Part shown: in pieces, positions 62,998 through 64,000 of the stretch
How the letters are laid out: each line of letters opens with the position of its first letter
Position numbering within the stretch: position 1 is the first letter of the stretch
Origin: Terriglobia bacterium
GTDB taxonomy: Bacteria > Acidobacteriota > Terriglobia > UBA7540
Direction of reading: 5' to 3'
Assembly (NCBI GenBank): GCA_035934315.1
Contig: DASYXZ010000090.1
Location: 2,742 to 66,741 of the forward strand
Length of the DNA: 64,000 bases
The notes under the pieces: generated by a model
The model's database searches: none
What the model was told of the DNA's origin: nothing
Seen by the model: only the letters and a program-made list of their open reading frames with translations
Translations under genes and position numbers: made by a program

Positions 62998-63705
62998 TTG
63001 AAACTCAGAATACCAGAGAATCTGACTCAGCAGGCCTACCAATCCATCCGTGATGAGATCATCAAAGGCAAACTCGATGGTCGGCAGCATTTGACTGAAG
63101 GTTTCTTTGCCAGTCGCTTCGGAATCAGCAAGTCCCCGATTCGTGAGGCTCTGAACCGGCTCGAGGCGGAGGGCTTGATTACCATCATTCCGCGGCGCGG
63201 CGCATTCGTGTCTGAATTTTCGATTCACGATATCGAAGAAATCTACGAATTGCGTGAGGTTTTGGAGGCGCTCGTGGTGCGCAACGCGGTACTCAATTTG
63301 AAAACGCTTGCGGGTATGCGAGAATGCGTGCGTGCTGCGAAGGCTTACTTGCGCAAGAACGACATATCGAACTATATCCGCGAGGACTCCGCGTTTCATA
63401 CCAGGCTGGCCATGGCAAGCAGCAACTCGCGCTTGGCAAAGATTCTTGAGAACATGCAATATCAAATGCTGATCTTGCGAGGCAAGACGTTCGAGTTGAC
63501 GAGTCACACTTCAATAAAGCAGCACTCTCAAATCCTCAGCGTCCTCGAGAAAGGACAAAAAGATGTCGCGGCAAAGTTGATGGTTCGGCATATCCGGACC
63601 GTCCGAAGAAGACTGATCGATCACTTAAAAAGATTGGAAATTGAAAAGGCGGCTCAGCAAAAAACCTCTGCGAACAGTGAGACTGCCAGGCTCAGGAAGG
63701 GATAG
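62998..63705 (+). CDS. GntR-family transcriptional regulator, FadR/FCD subfamily
   Basis: It has the wHTH segment FASRFGISKSPIREALNRLEAEGLITIIPRRGAFV and an all-helical FCD-type C-terminal domain (EIYELREVLEAL...FHTRLAMASSN). The TTG start is preceded by GGAGG at 7-nt spacing. Confidence 0.9.
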   Translation: MKLRIPENLTQQAYQSIRDEIIKGKLDGRQHLTEGFFASRFGISKSPIREALNRLEAEGLITIIPRRGAFVSEFSIHDIEEIYELREVLEALVVRNAVLNLKTLAGMRECVRAAKAYLRKNDISNYIREDSAFHTRLAMASSNSRLAKILENMQYQMLILRGKTFELTSHTSIKQHSQILSVLEKGQKDVAAKLMVRHIRTVRRRLIDHLKRLEIEKAAQQKTSANSETARLRKG

Positions 63706-63745
63706 ATAGCCAACCCGGCTACCATCGCCGTGTGTGTTCTCCATC

Positions 63746-64000
63746 TCAGACGAAATGGATGTGCATGGTGCGCGCCAGCCGGCGCAACTTTGCGGCATGA
63801 TGTCCCGCGAACATCGCCACATGATGTGGCATGCCTTGATGACAGAGTTCCTCAAACCATTCCCGCGGGTCTTGCTGTTCAAGCCGCGCCAGCGCGTTAG
63901 TACCCATCAGGTGGCGTTTGGGCCTGAGCGTCCGGCCTTCGCGAGCCGTCAGATAGTAGCTTCCGTCGCAGCGCCAAAATCGTAAGATGGTGATGGCCAT
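63746..64000 (-). CDS. Hypothetical ORF running into the right window edge (may extend further)
   Basis: It encodes 84 codons ending ..CHQGMPHHVAMFAGHHAAKLRRLARTMHIHFV*. I recognised no family. A same-size ORF exists on the opposite strand, so the coding status is uncertain. Confidence 0.2.
   Translation of the reverse strand: MAITILRFWRCDGSYYLTAREGRTLRPKRHLMGTNALARLEQQDPREWFEELCHQGMPHHVAMFAGHHAAKLRRLARTMHIHFV

Noticed and set aside
1-64000. Mobile elements, CRISPR arrays, rRNA/tRNA genes and defence systems.
   Set aside because: I recognised no transposase, integrase or recombinase motif, no regularly spaced direct repeats, no rRNA-like or cloverleaf sequences, and no nuclease/ATPase defence-type genes in any frame. 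The only repeat structures are the palindromic elements and gene fragments reported above.
63734-64000. Overlapping ORFs at the right edge, 63734-63985(+) and 63746-64000(-), considered as a transposase or toxin fragment.
   Set aside because: Neither shows a motif I can assign. Only the minus-strand one is listed, at low confidence, because it may continue beyond the window.

Overview
This is a GC-rich bacterial chromosomal segment of roughly 57-60% GC by eye. It looks most like an Acidobacteriota-type genome. It carries four complete 1,090-1,230-aa TonB-dependent receptors with N-terminal carboxypeptidase-regulatory-like domains and no SusD partner, plus many twin-arginine (Tat) signal enzymes. 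I can support about 42 protein genes, 3-4 gene remnants or pseudogenes, several hairpins and palindromic repeats, and a recurring AT-rich promoter-proximal motif. I recognised no rRNA, tRNA, CRISPR array, transposase or phage gene. From left to right the window holds: (1) A glycan-utilisation landscape with GH2 (two copies plus one fragment), a GH38-like/DUF5054 protein, a decayed GH42, GH79, GH27, GH3, a Cys-type sulfatase with a radical-SAM maturase, a PLC/AcpA-type phosphoesterase and two MFS transporters. (2) Two analogous modules that each combine an oxidoreductase (GMC flavoprotein plus Tat small subunit, or Tat-Gfo/Idh/MocA), a xylose-isomerase-like TIM barrel and a Tat-exported FG-GAP beta-propeller. 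(3) A DeoR-linked hexose-phosphate isomerase/kinase operon with three consecutive ATGA start/stop overlaps. (4) At the right end (about 56.2-63.7 kb), a cluster holding a split UxaA-family lyase/dehydratase, a SorAB-like sulfite dehydrogenase, a LarA-type Ni-pincer racemase homologue, a GabD-like aldehyde dehydrogenase and a GntR regulator. I interpret cluster (4) as a candidate C3-sulfonate (sulfolactate) desulfonation system with a possibly new kind of sulfolactate racemase; this is the most interesting hypothesis in the window. All functional calls rest on motif recognition in the translated ORFs. No database search was possible, and start codons were refined by hand from Shine-Dalgarno context.
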